From the NCBI RefSeq assembly GCF_947568905.1, contig NC_079166.1:18104001-18168000 (forward strand): a stretch of 64,000 nucleotides of DNA, read 5' to 3'. Positions 1 to 11,916 of this stretch are shown piece by piece. Under the pieces are notes generated by a model. It had not been told where the DNA came from. It made no database searches and worked only from the letters and a program-made list of their open reading frames with translations. Source of the stretch: Ostrea edulis (lineage: Eukaryota). The translations under genes were made by a program, and so were the position numbers. Each line of letters starts with the position of its first letter. The first letter of the stretch is position 1.

Positions 1-1490
1 ATAATTAGAATCAATTTTAATCTGTTCAAGCACAGAGACTATCATATTGTTTAATTCCTGACTATCTATTTCTAAAAAGTCAACACTTTCTAAATTCACA
101 TCAGAGTTTATAGCAGTGATCACTTCTGGAAATGGTGCTGTATGTGGGATTACTTGTTCTGCCAATGTGTTAGACATTTTGCGTTTCTTTTTCTCCCGTG
201 CTTTTGAGACGTAATGTTTTAAACTTGTTTCCGATTTATGTTTTGAGACAGTCATAATATGCCTCCCTTATATTCATTGTCATCCAGAAGAGTTATGCAG
301 GTAGCCCTAATGCAGTGATTACTGTACACTTTAGAAAGACCTGCTTGTTCGTGCCCAGAATCATGTTGTCATACCATCGATGAATCCTCCTTTTCAGCTT
401 TAAAGCTCTTGGGCCGTTGTCACAAGAAATGATAACCTCGATCTAATTTCGTTTGGTATTTCTCGAAGCTTAGAACAGGGTAGTGTGGGGTTCCTAAAAT
501 AAAACTGAACTAAAATCAGGTTTTCGTTAATTTACCTATCTACAATTATTAAGTGCATGAAAAAAAATTTAGACAACACAGAACACTTTCTGAATGACAT
601 AACTATCTAGATCACACAACACAAAATGAAATTGATATTGGTTTCAATTGTGCAACAGGTGAAATACACATGCCACAATATATAGTCTGGAAAAATGTTG
701 TTAATTTCTATTTTATGGCTGACAGTAGAATAGACAGGCCGACATCAAATTCATGTGAAACGTGTTGAAATAGCTCTAAGTATAACGCTGATTTATATCA
801 ATTTTCATTTGTTTCTTACCTGGTTTTTCGTACATCCTACCGCCACCATCATCCACATCATATGTTTCACCCTGGTGATTTTTAGTGAGCCTTGATTTCA
901 CGTTTACTACATATCTCCTCCCACTAGCATCAGTGTTTACTACAAAATCTTCTTTGGTCATATTGCGAAGGGTTTCTCTTCCGCGGTTACACACAAACAT
1001 AATCAGTTAAAAAAAACACCTTAAATTGAGATGTAGGGTATTTAGTCGATGAAGTATCGGTTGAATACATTTTTTGGGTATCTTCCCCGGATATAATGTC
1101 CTTACGTTTGCATTCACCACCACCCTCCATTTTCAGCTTTTTCAAACAAGGATGAAAAGTTTGTCGGCCTCCTCGAATATGTCGTCATTTACAATGTTGT
1201 TGTGTGTTTTTTCAATTGCTTTTTGTAAACCTTACCTGGTAGAAATCGTTGTTTTCTTAGCATAAGGTTCTCCATTATGATTTCTGACGTTACAATAAAA
1301 TTCCTCCAGAACAAGATCCATTCTTCGGTAGATATATCTTGTATATCATCGTAATTCCGTTGGAGCATTTCGATGATATATTGTTCGAAAATATATTTCG
1401 CAACGTTGAAAACATTTTTCGCATTTCTGCTTTCCGTTTGATCTAATAAAGATTGTATCTCATCATCACTAAATTAGAAAACCTCGCCAT
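1..1490 (-). mobile_element. Decayed Crypton-type (DUF3504/CryptonA-like) tyrosine recombinase gene with a spliceosomal intron (494-819)
   Basis: Minus-strand translation from ATG 1490 gives EFYCNVRNHNGEPYAK, KLKMEGGG, CNRGRETLR, RLTKNHQ, GRMYEKPG|TPHYPVLSFEKY, YSNHCIRATCITLLD and RHIMTVSKHKSETSLKHY (H-x-x-R and H...Y catalytic boxes). A GT..AG intron joins the pieces in phase 1. Several frameshifts and stops. Confidence 0.8.
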
Positions 1491-1959
1491 TGCGTAAAAG
1501 CGACAGACCGAGAATCAGGTGACTTGCATAGCCAATAGAAATAGAGCAGACTATTGCCCGGTCAACAGTTCAAAAACTATTGACCGGTCAATAGACTACG
1601 AGTGAGAAAGTTGTTTTAACAGTTGATGTGTTGGCTCTAAATCGTACTAGTTTTATATAGGATAAAAATGAAGGTGTATAGTATATAACAAAACAAGATA
1701 ATAAAGGTATTAGTATAGATATGGAATCAAATATCGATATAGAAAATCTTTCAGTGCAGGTGATAAGATACTAGTAATGATATTAAATCAAATATCGATA
1801 GAGAAAATCCTTCATTGCAGGTCACAAGATACTAGTAATAATATCAAATCAAATATTGATAAAGAAAATCCTTCATTGCAGGTCACAAGATACTAGGGAT
1901 ATAAAATCAAATATCGATAAAGGAAATCTTCCATCGCTGTTTAAAACTTTTTTGAGAAC

Positions 1960-3180
1960 ATAACATGTCAGTCCTTTAATGGAAAACAATAGAAGGTAGA
2001 AAACTATAGGAGGTAGAAAACAATAGGAGGTAGAAATTGTTTAAAAATATCGAATATTGATAGGAAAGTTTGACAAAATTTCAGAGGAAGTTAGATCTAT
2101 GAATTGCTCTTCAAAACCATAAATTTTCCTGTTTACACTAGAGCTAAGTACGACTGTGTATATAGGTCAGATTCCGCGCATCTGTTTGGACAGCACAGTT
2201 TGAATTTAGGGAACTGTTGGAATAAATATCATCTATTATGAAGAGACATTTCCTCTTTCCAGCTTATTGCATAATTAGTAGAAACACACATTTGTTTCCA
2301 ATGTGAAATTTATTTTCATGATATTCACATTGCAGATTAATATTCCAACTAAGATTTGTTTAGAGCAGCGTATCATGGAATATTGTAACTGCTACTCGCC
2401 ATCATTTGTTGGATTATGAACGTCCAGATTCTGTTTTTGACTGCTTCCATTGGTTATATTTGTGGTGGGTAAGATTTTTGATTTCATAAATATATGTTAT
2501 CATGTCTTGTGTGTTGTGTTAAGTCCCATTCGAAAATAAGCATTACTAATGGTTGAATGGTCTTTTTTCTGTGTAAATGCATTTACATGTATTTCCTTTA
2601 TTTTGTTTGTTGTTTTACTTTCAGTTCGATAATGTTATGTTCAACTCTCTAGGGAAATCATTATTTTATCCTCTGCATGACCGTATCAGTAAGGGTGCAT
2701 TATCATTCCAAGGCCTACCATGAAACGGGAACTTTGTTTCCAAATTTATTTCGGGAATACACATGGCTTTTGCTTCTGGTGATGTAAACTTGGCGACAGA
2801 ACAGCCACTACATTTGTTACACGTCTTATGATGTGAGCGCCATAACCAGAAAAATCAAACAAGATCACATATGAGTTGATAAATAATTGTTATCTGCATT
2901 TTCCATGTTTTTGTATTTTATTATGATTCCTTATTTTCTATTATCATTTTTCCAGGCATTTCCTTCATTTACATTTTCTCTGATTTGTAAACGAGATATA
3001 GTTTAATGTTTCAGTTTAACTTTGGTCACAGTTAGTGTGCAGGCAGTTTGTTAACAATGTCAAGGTTCCAAAAATTTTAGAAATATACCCGTGTCTACCG
3101 GGTAAATTAAAACATGCACGTGATGTTTTACAGGTGAAAAATATATTTAAAGTACAATGTTCTGTAGGTACAATATGTAT
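1960..3180 (+). repeat. Segmental duplicate of ~62030-63500
   Basis: Collinear similarity, e.g. ggaaaacaataggaggtagaaattgttt ... aaacatgcacgtgatgtttta in both. The second copy carries an extra SINE. Confidence 0.85.
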
Positions 3181-4422
3181 ATATATATAATCCAAAATAT
3201 AAATAAATACCTACACATGCAATAGTATAATAAAGAAAATTAGAACGCCGAAAATAACTTCATGTCTGGGTGTCCTTCCAAGATATGGAGGTTGTTCCTG
3301 GTAACCTGGAAAACTTCCGGATGTTTTGGATTGCGCGTTGAAACGTATTATAGGACATTTTGACTGGGTTTAAGGTTTACTTTCAGGAGATCCTTTCTTT
3401 CTTGAGATTTGAGTTTGTTTATTCCGTTTTTGATTAATTGCTATGGGTAGCGTCTTTGTAAAAGCGAGTTTTGTAATTCCGCCAAGCGACTGTTAAGGAT
3501 TTCACTATCGGAAATAATTGTACAGAGGCGTCTCGCTAAAAAATATATAGGAATCATAAAAAATTATCAAAAGCAAACTGCAAAGCCCTTCTCTAAAATC
3601 AGTTTTAACCAGAGCATGTCTTTCCAGTAGCAACAATGAAATCCCTACCATCAACAAATGCAATAAACCAAGGTGCGCCACATGCCAAAATATAACACCT
3701 GGATCCAAATTTTATTTCAAAAACGGAAGCCAATTTACAGTGAAATCATCCATGACGTGCACTTCTTCCAACCTCTTGTATGTGATAACTTGCGCTGTTT
3801 GTGGAGAAAATTAAATCGGCCAGACAGGCGACACCCTACAACACAGGATGACTGTACACCGTCAACAAATAAGGGAACTAAAATACCAATGTACCCAAGT
3901 CAGTAAACACATTCGAAAATGTGCCAAAATTTTCAGTCCGAACTTTTCCATTTCCCCCTTTTACAAATTCCTGAGATATACTACGGAAACGGAGCGTGAA
4001 ACTAAAGAAACGTTGTTTATTCGAGGATACAAACCTGCATTAAACGCTCCATAAAATGCAGAACTTTATATCATGTATAAACATTTTCACGCAATATAAA
4101 TCTGTCTTATTTGATTGTTAATACATAGGTCAGAGGTCAACTGCTATGTAAACAAACGTGTAATTATTATTGTACATATTGTCTATATTTTTTATTTTGT
4201 ATAGACCAAAAGTCGGCTGTGTTTTTATTTCCTTTTTTTCCTCATGTAATATTTCATAACGTTGTATCAAGACGGCATAATGATCTTTGTTAAAGCGTCA
4301 ATACAATCCGTCAGTTTTTACATCATAGTTAAATCTATAATTTGTAACTAAGCAATAATTTCATAACTCAAGAAATTGAAAATGAAACTGGTTCAGTTAT
4401 TTTAGGCTTTTTAATTTTTCTT

Positions 4423-4425
<3 letters not shown>

Positions 4426-4471
<46 letters not shown>
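4426..4471. repeat. (TA)n microsatellite
   Basis: Perfect dinucleotide run. Confidence 0.95.
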
Positions 4472-4472
<1 letters not shown>

Positions 4473-4822
4473 TAGATACCAAATAGGTATCATCACTCGT
4501 ACCAAGAGAAGGGACCACATAACTCTAGTGTTGATTTTCTTACTATTAACAAGCGCATCCAGATTAGAATTCTACTATACTCATAAAAGTTATTCATAAG
4601 ATCGCATCACAACACTTTGAAGAGGTAATTACGGTATACCAACTTCAACGTTCTCTAAGATCTGAATATTCACAGTCATTAATCAGACCAAGATATCGAA
4701 TCTCCACATATGAGATATTTTGAATGTTGTAATTGTGATATGTATCATTGTGAATTAGGGAAACGTACAGCAACATTAGGAATTTTTGTATTTCCGGTTC
4801 CTTGTATCACAAACGTTAGGAG

Positions 4823-5047
4823 TTAGATTACATTTCAACATTAAGGATTATCTCCCTCATGCATAGCTCTTATCCTTGGACGAATTTAGCTCCACTTTTT
4901 TGGCACGCTGTTTTTGGCTATATCTAACTCTAAAGTTTCATAGTTATTTCGGATTTCAAACATTTCGGTTGAGCATCAATGAGGAGACATTATTTGTCGA
5001 AATGCGCATCTGGTGCATCAAAATTGGTACCGTATAAGTTTTACATT
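4823..5047 (+). mobile_element. 5'-truncated retrozyme-like (hammerhead) element, copy 1
   Basis: Matches the 3' part of the 16285-16670 element (ttatctccctcatgcatagc ... gtataagttttacatt). Absent from paralogous upstream regions. Confidence 0.85.
4973..5016 (+). ncRNA. Minimal type I hammerhead motif with mutated core (ATGAGGA instead of CTGANGA)
   Basis: GCATCA-ATGAGGA-GACA ttatt TGTC-GAA-ATGC GCAT-C-TGGTGC. Confidence 0.75.
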
Positions 5048-5086
5048 ACAGACTTGGCGTTGATCATCAGAAACTGATAGCCGAGG

Positions 5087-8000
5087 ATGGTGATAATTTG
5101 GATGGGAGGGAGACTGATGGTGTCTTTGTTCATTACGTTTTCCCTGCAGCTGGTCGGCGGAAATGGTTTGTCGTGTGATGGGTAAGAAATGACGTTTGCA
5201 TGATGGTCTGGAATAATCATCAACATTATATAATTTAAAACAATTTGTGGGTAAACTAAAGGCGAATATTTTTTGATCCGGGTTATTTAAGTCTGTAATA
5301 TATGATTGCATGTAAATGTTCTATTGGGTAAGAACTGATGTTTCCATAATGGTCTCGAATAATTATTTTTATTACAATATTAAACTTGTTAATAAAGTAA
5401 AGGAGTAGATATGATAATGGGAACTTTTTACATTAGTAAGATATGTACTTAAATGATCTATTGCTAAGACATTCTTGAGTGCAAAGAGGACTCTACGACT
5501 ATGTATCATAGCATCACATCAATTTTATCTATGTTTGTAGATATTTCAAATGTTGCTATGGGTACAAATGGGATAGAGATACTGAAAAATGTATCCGTAT
5601 GTACTTTGATATGTAAATGAATTTATTAATATCTACATGTTTATTATTTAAATAACATAGCAGTACATGTACAATGATATTTGAAATTGATTTTGATGAT
5701 AACAAAATACAAAAATAGTTTAAAAATCCAAACATAGATATGTATACAATGATCTTTGTGATAATGTTTAGAATTTCTTTTCCCTTGAAATTGTAGCCTG
5801 TGAGGTAGGGTATTATGGGATAGATTGTGCAGAGCCATGTCCCTTCCCCTCCTTTGGAAAGGAATGTCAGTTACTCTGCAACTGCTCTGAATATCAGTGC
5901 AATCATAAAAAAGGATGCCCAAAAAGTGGTAAGAAAGTTTAATTATAGAAATGTATATGATTAAGAATTGAACGTAGGGACACCTAGAAATCTTGCATAA
6001 TGATCATCTTGAAAAAAGTTGACTGTGTACATTTCAGATTGTGGACCAGGCTATGTAGATGACTTGTGTGACGTGAAATGTCGGTATCCAAGTTTTGGTT
6101 TAAGATGTCAGGGTGAATGTCTTTGTGAAATGAAGAAGTGTGATCCTGTAAATGGATGTCAGGGTGGGAAGTTTTATCAATACGAATGTTCTCTATGATA
6201 AATGTACTTAACAAGAAAATAAATATGCTTTCCAATTTACAAAATAAATATTCTTTTCCAAGTAAATAAGAACAAAGTATGAAATGATGTGTTACAGGAA
6301 GTTTAGAAGGTATTATCATGGAGGTGGTAACAACACCTGCTCCAAAGACTAGGATGACCCCTAACATTTCTACATCTCAAGACATGCCTACAGGTAAAGA
6401 AAACAACACCATAATGCGTCCGTTGCACAAATAAGCATACAACATACTTTGGATCAGCTTAGTATTCAAAATAAATTACTGCAAAGAGAATTCACACCAT
6501 GCTGACAAGGACAAAAATGTGTGACGTGTTTCATACCAATGGACGGGCTGTTCTTTACACACTCATTTTGATTATGCATTGTATGGGTCGCTACTTTATC
6601 TGATCAAGGTGCAGGGCTCACGGCGGGTTTGATCGGTCGACAGGGGATGCGTACTCCTCCTAGGTACCTGATCTTACCTCTGGTATGTCCAGGGGTACAT
6701 GTTTCCCAAATTTTAATTTTGTGGTCCTCATTTTTGAGTTTTGAGATTGATCAAAGCATTTCTACATCCCTGCACTGAATGAAAATGAAAATGAATATAA
6801 CAAATCGTGATCAATCTAATAAACCCCATAAAGAATACGAAATTACATGTAGAGCAAATACGAGATGCTAGACACACCAGAGGTGAAGTCAGATGCTTGG
6901 AAGGAGGCAGACATTCCATGTTAATTGGTCTCACCCTCTTTCAGCCCTCTATCGCGATCATGTAAAAGGAATAATTCATAGTCAAAATCATGATGGAAAA
7001 ACGACCTAACATTGGGTATGAAACATGCCAAACAACATATGGACTAACGACATGGATTGTATTCGGAAATACGGTCAATATAAAGACCAAAGAATATGCA
7101 AAATGCTGACTTCAAAGGAGACTACTGAACTTTAAGATCAACTTATTTGTCAGTAGATTGCCTCAATTAAAAACTGATCTTACTCAGAACATGTTATCTT
7201 GTATCGAATCATTTGACAAATATAGCGCTGATATACAGGTGCTGATGGAATATTGCTACATAAATATGAGAAGTTGACAACGGAGAAGCTGAAGTCATCC
7301 CATGCATGTGTCATAGAGTTAATTTGTCAGTTTGCTCTTAACATCTAAGTTCAATAAGATATTCAAATATTAAGATTTGGAGAGGTCTGTGGTATAATAT
7401 TTCGAGTTCATATGGATATATCGAATGAACGTATGGATCAAAATAAACACTGTGAATAGAAGAATCGTTGAGAAATCCATAATTTGAGATGAAGACCACA
7501 GCAAAGGTGTTTTTTCTTTCTATGCTAGAAGCTTATAAATAAACTCTTTTAGAATATAACAATAGATCGGCTAATAAGGTAACATAATTCGTACCTATGG
7601 ATGTCCAAAAGATTGTCCTTGATGATCAAAGACCAATATGAATTTATGCAAGGTGAAGATAACGAACAGTGATCAATCTCATAACTCCCACAAGCAATAC
7701 AAATTAGATAGTTGGGTAAACACGGACCCCTGGACACGGCAGAGGTGGGATCAGGTGCCTAGGATGAGTAAGCATCCCCTGTTGACCGGTCACACCCGCC
7801 GTGAGCCCCATATCCTGATCAGGTAAACGGAGTTATCCGCAGTCAAAATCAGTGTGCCAAGAACGGCTTAACAATCGGTATGAAACACGTCATATGAAAC
7901 ACGTTATATAAAATGATTTCAATAGTTTTACATTCGCTTCAGAGTATTTTAAATTTTCTGTTTTTATTACCAGATTAAGTAAATATTTCGTTTTCGTGTC

Positions 8001-8309
8001 TTCAATATTCCCTTCAGAAGAAAATTTAAAACCAGTACTGAATATAAAACAATATCCCGTGTATTTACAGGTTTGCATTATAATCATGATGACATAAATG
8101 TTTTAGAAACGTCAATTCAAAGTGACGCTGCATCAATATGGAATAATTTGAACGAGAAGGAAAAAGGTATGGTTATCAGCATTACGACGCTAGGACTACT
8201 GTTTCTTACCTTAACAGTCATGTACATCTGGGTATATCATCGCATTCTTGTAGAAACAAATAATCGTAGGAAAGCTACAGAAGATTCAGATGAAAATTCT
8301 GCAGTATGA
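5087..8309 (+). CDS. Gene A: intact 247-aa type I membrane protein with 2 EGF-like (MEGF10/SCARF-like) modules; exons 5087-5181, 5541-5596, 5797-5928, 6038-6163, 6298-6393, 8071-8309
   Basis: All introns are GT..AG with consistent phases (2,1,1,1,1); 744 nt open to the stop. MVIIWMGGRLMVSLFITFSLQLVGG (signal); YFKCCYGYKWDRDTEKCI; CEVGYYGIDCAEPCPFPSFGKECQLLCNCSEYQCNHKKGC; CGPGYVDDLCDVKCRYPSFGLRCQGECLCEMKKCDPVNGC; VVTTPAPKT stalk; TM GMVISITTLGLLFLTLTVMYIWVY; tail ...DENSAV. Confidence 0.85.
6540..7310. mobile_element. Old Penelope-like (Naiad-type) fragments: + strand 3' end (6540-6780) next to a - strand RT C-terminus plus 3' end (6800-7310)
   Basis: Similar to 32090-32610. The minus strand decodes to degenerate DDFSFSVVNFSYLCSNIPSAP. 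The same pair is at ~39985-40770. Confidence 0.7.
7640..7890 (-). mobile_element. Young 5'-truncated Naiad-type 3' end inserted in the last intron of gene A
   Basis: Near-consensus aaggtgaagataacgaacagtgatc ... atcggtatgaaacacgtca. Absent at the equivalent site in gene H (~41115). Confidence 0.85.
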
Positions 8310-9531
8310 AAAACGGGTAATCTGTTATAAGGTGTACTGTATCGGGACATGTTATGGAATGCTTGTATTTGTATTAATCGATGCTTTGTAATTGATAGAC
8401 TTTTCATGCTTTATATTCATTATTTTATATGTAAACTGTGACTTGCTGGTTGTCTTTCAATTTAAATAATCAAATTAGGAATATAAATACATGTATAGGC
8501 CAGGAGAAACTGTCTAATTTGTTTAATGGTAATATAAAACAATGAACATATGGTGTTATTTGTTCGAGATGGTGATATATGTTCAAGATCCACAGCCTTG
8601 ATTTTGCAAATATGCTAAATTTTGATTACAGCATTCTGAAGTAGACATCAGTTTCTTATATATGTAGTTGTGATCAGGCGACATCGTTCTACATATCGTT
8701 TTATATTGACTCAAACCGAATTATTCATGAAATAAAGATATATATATTTTGAAATTTCCTTTTTACCCTTCGTTATCTATAATAAAACAAGATAGAGTTC
8801 AATGTTGAAAAAAATATTTATAAAGCAGACGTGATTTTCTTCAGTTTTAAAACGGACTTCCGCGTTGTGTTCCGTTTTAATATTTGACTTGAAATATCTT
8901 AATGACCTTTTTCAGGTGAATTTATTTTAGGTCCTTTTCATATTAACTTTATTTTTTCCCCCGATGTAACAGGTAATCTTATTAGTTATCGGAATCTAGA
9001 CGTGTTTATTAAATCAATCGTTGGTAGATAAACTGAGAACGTAGATCATGATAAATTCGTAATGGATACTAAAATTATAGACGGTAAGTTGGAGAACAAA
9101 ATTGAACGATGAATCAGAAGATGAAGTGGTTTGAGATAAAATGAACAATAAGCCAGTATGTCTTACAAAACGTTAGCGAGAAGGTGTTTTACAAATTGCG
9201 TGATAAAATATCAATACTCGTCATATGGATGGTTGGCACCAAAACAGCACCTCACCAAGAAATTGTATTAGGAGAACAAGAAATCTAGGAGAACCAGTGA
9301 AAGTTTTTCTGGTAAGTACATGTATCAATGACTATAGTTTCCATACGATAATAGTCAACAGGGATTTATCAGTACCTTCTCGGTGACAGACGTGCGGCAT
9401 ATCATCTGTAATTCTCATTTTATAGAAGTCCATGAATGACTTGTTTCTAAAAGCACCATGCAAACATCACCTAATATCTTATAACCCGAATTACCTTTAT
9501 TCTCTCTGTATGATAATTTCTATGTTTGCAG

Positions 9532-10332
9532 ATCTTTCCAATGTTGCTGTGGTAGTGATTATAAATGAGATAGCAGTATTGCATACGTATGTGTCTGGAT
9601 ATCAAAGAGGCTTCATCAGTCCATGTACGATGATATTTTGAATTTGATATTATATAAAAGTACCAAACAAAAACGTATGATGGTTGAAATCCCGAAACAT
9701 CTCAATACATACTACAATTTTGTCGGAATTGTTTGAGGTAAAAAGTGGAATTTCTTTCTTTCTTTGAATTGTAGCCTGTAAGATTGGGTATTTCGGGAGA
9801 GATTGTACACAGTAATGCTCCTTCCTCTTCTTGGGAAAGGGATGTCAGTTATCGTAGATTAGGGTAATCATGCAAAAGGATGCCCAATAAAGGTGTAAGA
9901 AAGAGTAATTATCAAAATATATGAAACTTAGAAACAACATGGAATATTGCACAATGATTATCGTAAAAAAGATTTACTTGTTTAGGTTTCAGATTGTACC
10001 TCAGGTTACATTGTATGTAGTTGACTTTTGTGAAGTTAATACATTTCTTCTCTATCATACATGTACTAATTTGTGCCTACTTCTATGTAACAAGTAAATG
10101 AATATGCTTTACAACTAACGAAATAAAACGGTCATTTAAAAGTAAATAGAAATTAAGGATACAATGACGTGTTAAAGCAATTCTGAAAGATATTGTCACG
10201 GAAGTGGTAACAACGCCTGCTCCAAAGTCCAGGATGACCCTTAACATTTTCGTATCACTGCTGATGTCCAAGGAAGACTTCCATCATGAGACACTTCACC
10301 TGTTCTATCTACGATTCGAGAGATGCAGAAAG
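9532..10332 (+). pseudogene. Copy B (no exon 1, no TM exon)
   Basis: Exon 2 homolog has TGA, exon 3 homolog has TAA, exon 4 is largely deleted, and the stalk exon ends ag|gtaac at 10332. Confidence 0.8.
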
Positions 10333-11389
10333 GTAACAAAAATACAATACCTCGTAAATTAACACCGTGCTCATACGGCAAGGGCAATACGGTGTACGCT
10401 GATGTGGATAAAATTTCTCTGCCTTGTTTAATCTAAATATATTATTTTGCTCGAGAAAATACATCATCCGTCGCAAATATTTCTTCTATTTGCATCTTTT
10501 AAACAAACTTGTTTAAATTTGGTGCTGTAAAATAAAGGAACCAAACTGTAGATTAGTCGGTGCAGCTTTTTGATATTTAGAAGAAATTGATTACGTTGTC
10601 GTTTAGTTTATGAGATATTTACCTCACATTAATGATCAGGTGAAAATAAGGAAGGAACATAACATTTATGACATACTGACTCATAGTCGTTGTTAAGGAT
10701 AATCCGAGGATGCTTACTACTCCTCAGAGGTACAAAATTCCACCTCTGGTGTTATTCGTTGTCCTCATCTTTGCAAACGATCGGAAAGATGAAAATTTAT
10801 AATAATCTTATTTTATATGAAATATTTTGGTACATGGAATCTTGATAATTATATTAAGTACTGCTAACGCAGAAAATGTATCTACATTTGTGACGCACTC
10901 TGTATGTGTTTCATTGTGTAATATAGTTATCTTTCCTTTCTGCATTATAACAGTATGACTTTGTTGATATGCTGTATATGATATATATAGATATACGAAA
11001 TATAATAAATGAATTTATGAAAGTTGACGAAAATGTCAAACTTTTATACGTACTGGCCTTTTCATACATAAATTTGCATAGGGAATGATTCTAGTATAAT
11101 TCTGATTCACTGATTATACAAATCATCCAATATGTATCCCCACAAAACATATTTTCATGCAGTCCTCTGTTTATTCATTTCTAGAAAAATCGATTTGATA
11201 TATAGATTTTTTGTCATTTAAACGTATAAATGAATAACCGGGTTTTCTCATGTGAACTCATAAAACTTGATGATTCATCAGCTAAATAGCTATTGCCCTC
11301 TAAGAACCAAATAGGCATGTGAATAAATATTTTTAATGTTGTATTGATAACAGGTGACATTGAAGGAAATTTATGTAAAATAATGTCCG

Positions 11390-11412
11390 TTTCCGTTTCC
11401 TTGTGTCGCAAA
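11390..11412. promoter_or_regulatory. ISRE/IRF-E-like (TTTCCGTTTC) plus C/EBP-like (TGTCGCAA) motif upstream of copy C exon 1
   Basis: tttccgtttccttgtgtcgcaaa, about 50 bp before ATG 11450. Same motif upstream of E, G, H and J. Confidence 0.45.
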
Positions 11413-11449
11413 CGTGAGATAATTTTTTTTTTAGTATTAATAGCAAAAA

Positions 11450-11499
11450 ATGGTGATGATTTGTATCGCAGGGAGACAGTTCGTGTCAGTGTTCATTAT

Positions 11500-11559
<60 letters not shown>

Positions 11560-11859
11560 GATCCTGGATAATCATTTATATTATACAATAGTAAATAAGA
11601 TGTGAGTAAAGTAAAGAGGTGCATATGATGATGGTCCCCATTAGTAGTATATGATTGTATCTAAATGTTCTAGTGCTACACATTCTTGAGAGCAGAGAAG
11701 ATTCTACAACTTTGTATTATAATACCACATCTGTGTTATCTGTTTGTAGACTTTTCAAATGTTGCAATGGATACAAATGGGATAGATATCCTGAAAAATG
11801 TCTTCGTATGTACATGAATCTGTAAATAAGTATATCAGCATCTATACGATTTAAAGGAT

Positions 11860-11916
<57 letters not shown>

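Noticed and set aside
5018-5311. Recurrent minus-strand ORFs (also 15513-15767, 26324-26566, 29023-29250, 51375-51620)
   Set aside because: Antisense shadows of exon 1; the + strand has the signal peptide and splice donor.
7638-7826. Short recurring ORFs such as DQSHNSYKQYK and MFTPPRHLIPPLVCPG
   Set aside because: Chance frames in the multi-copy PLE 3' UTR repeat.
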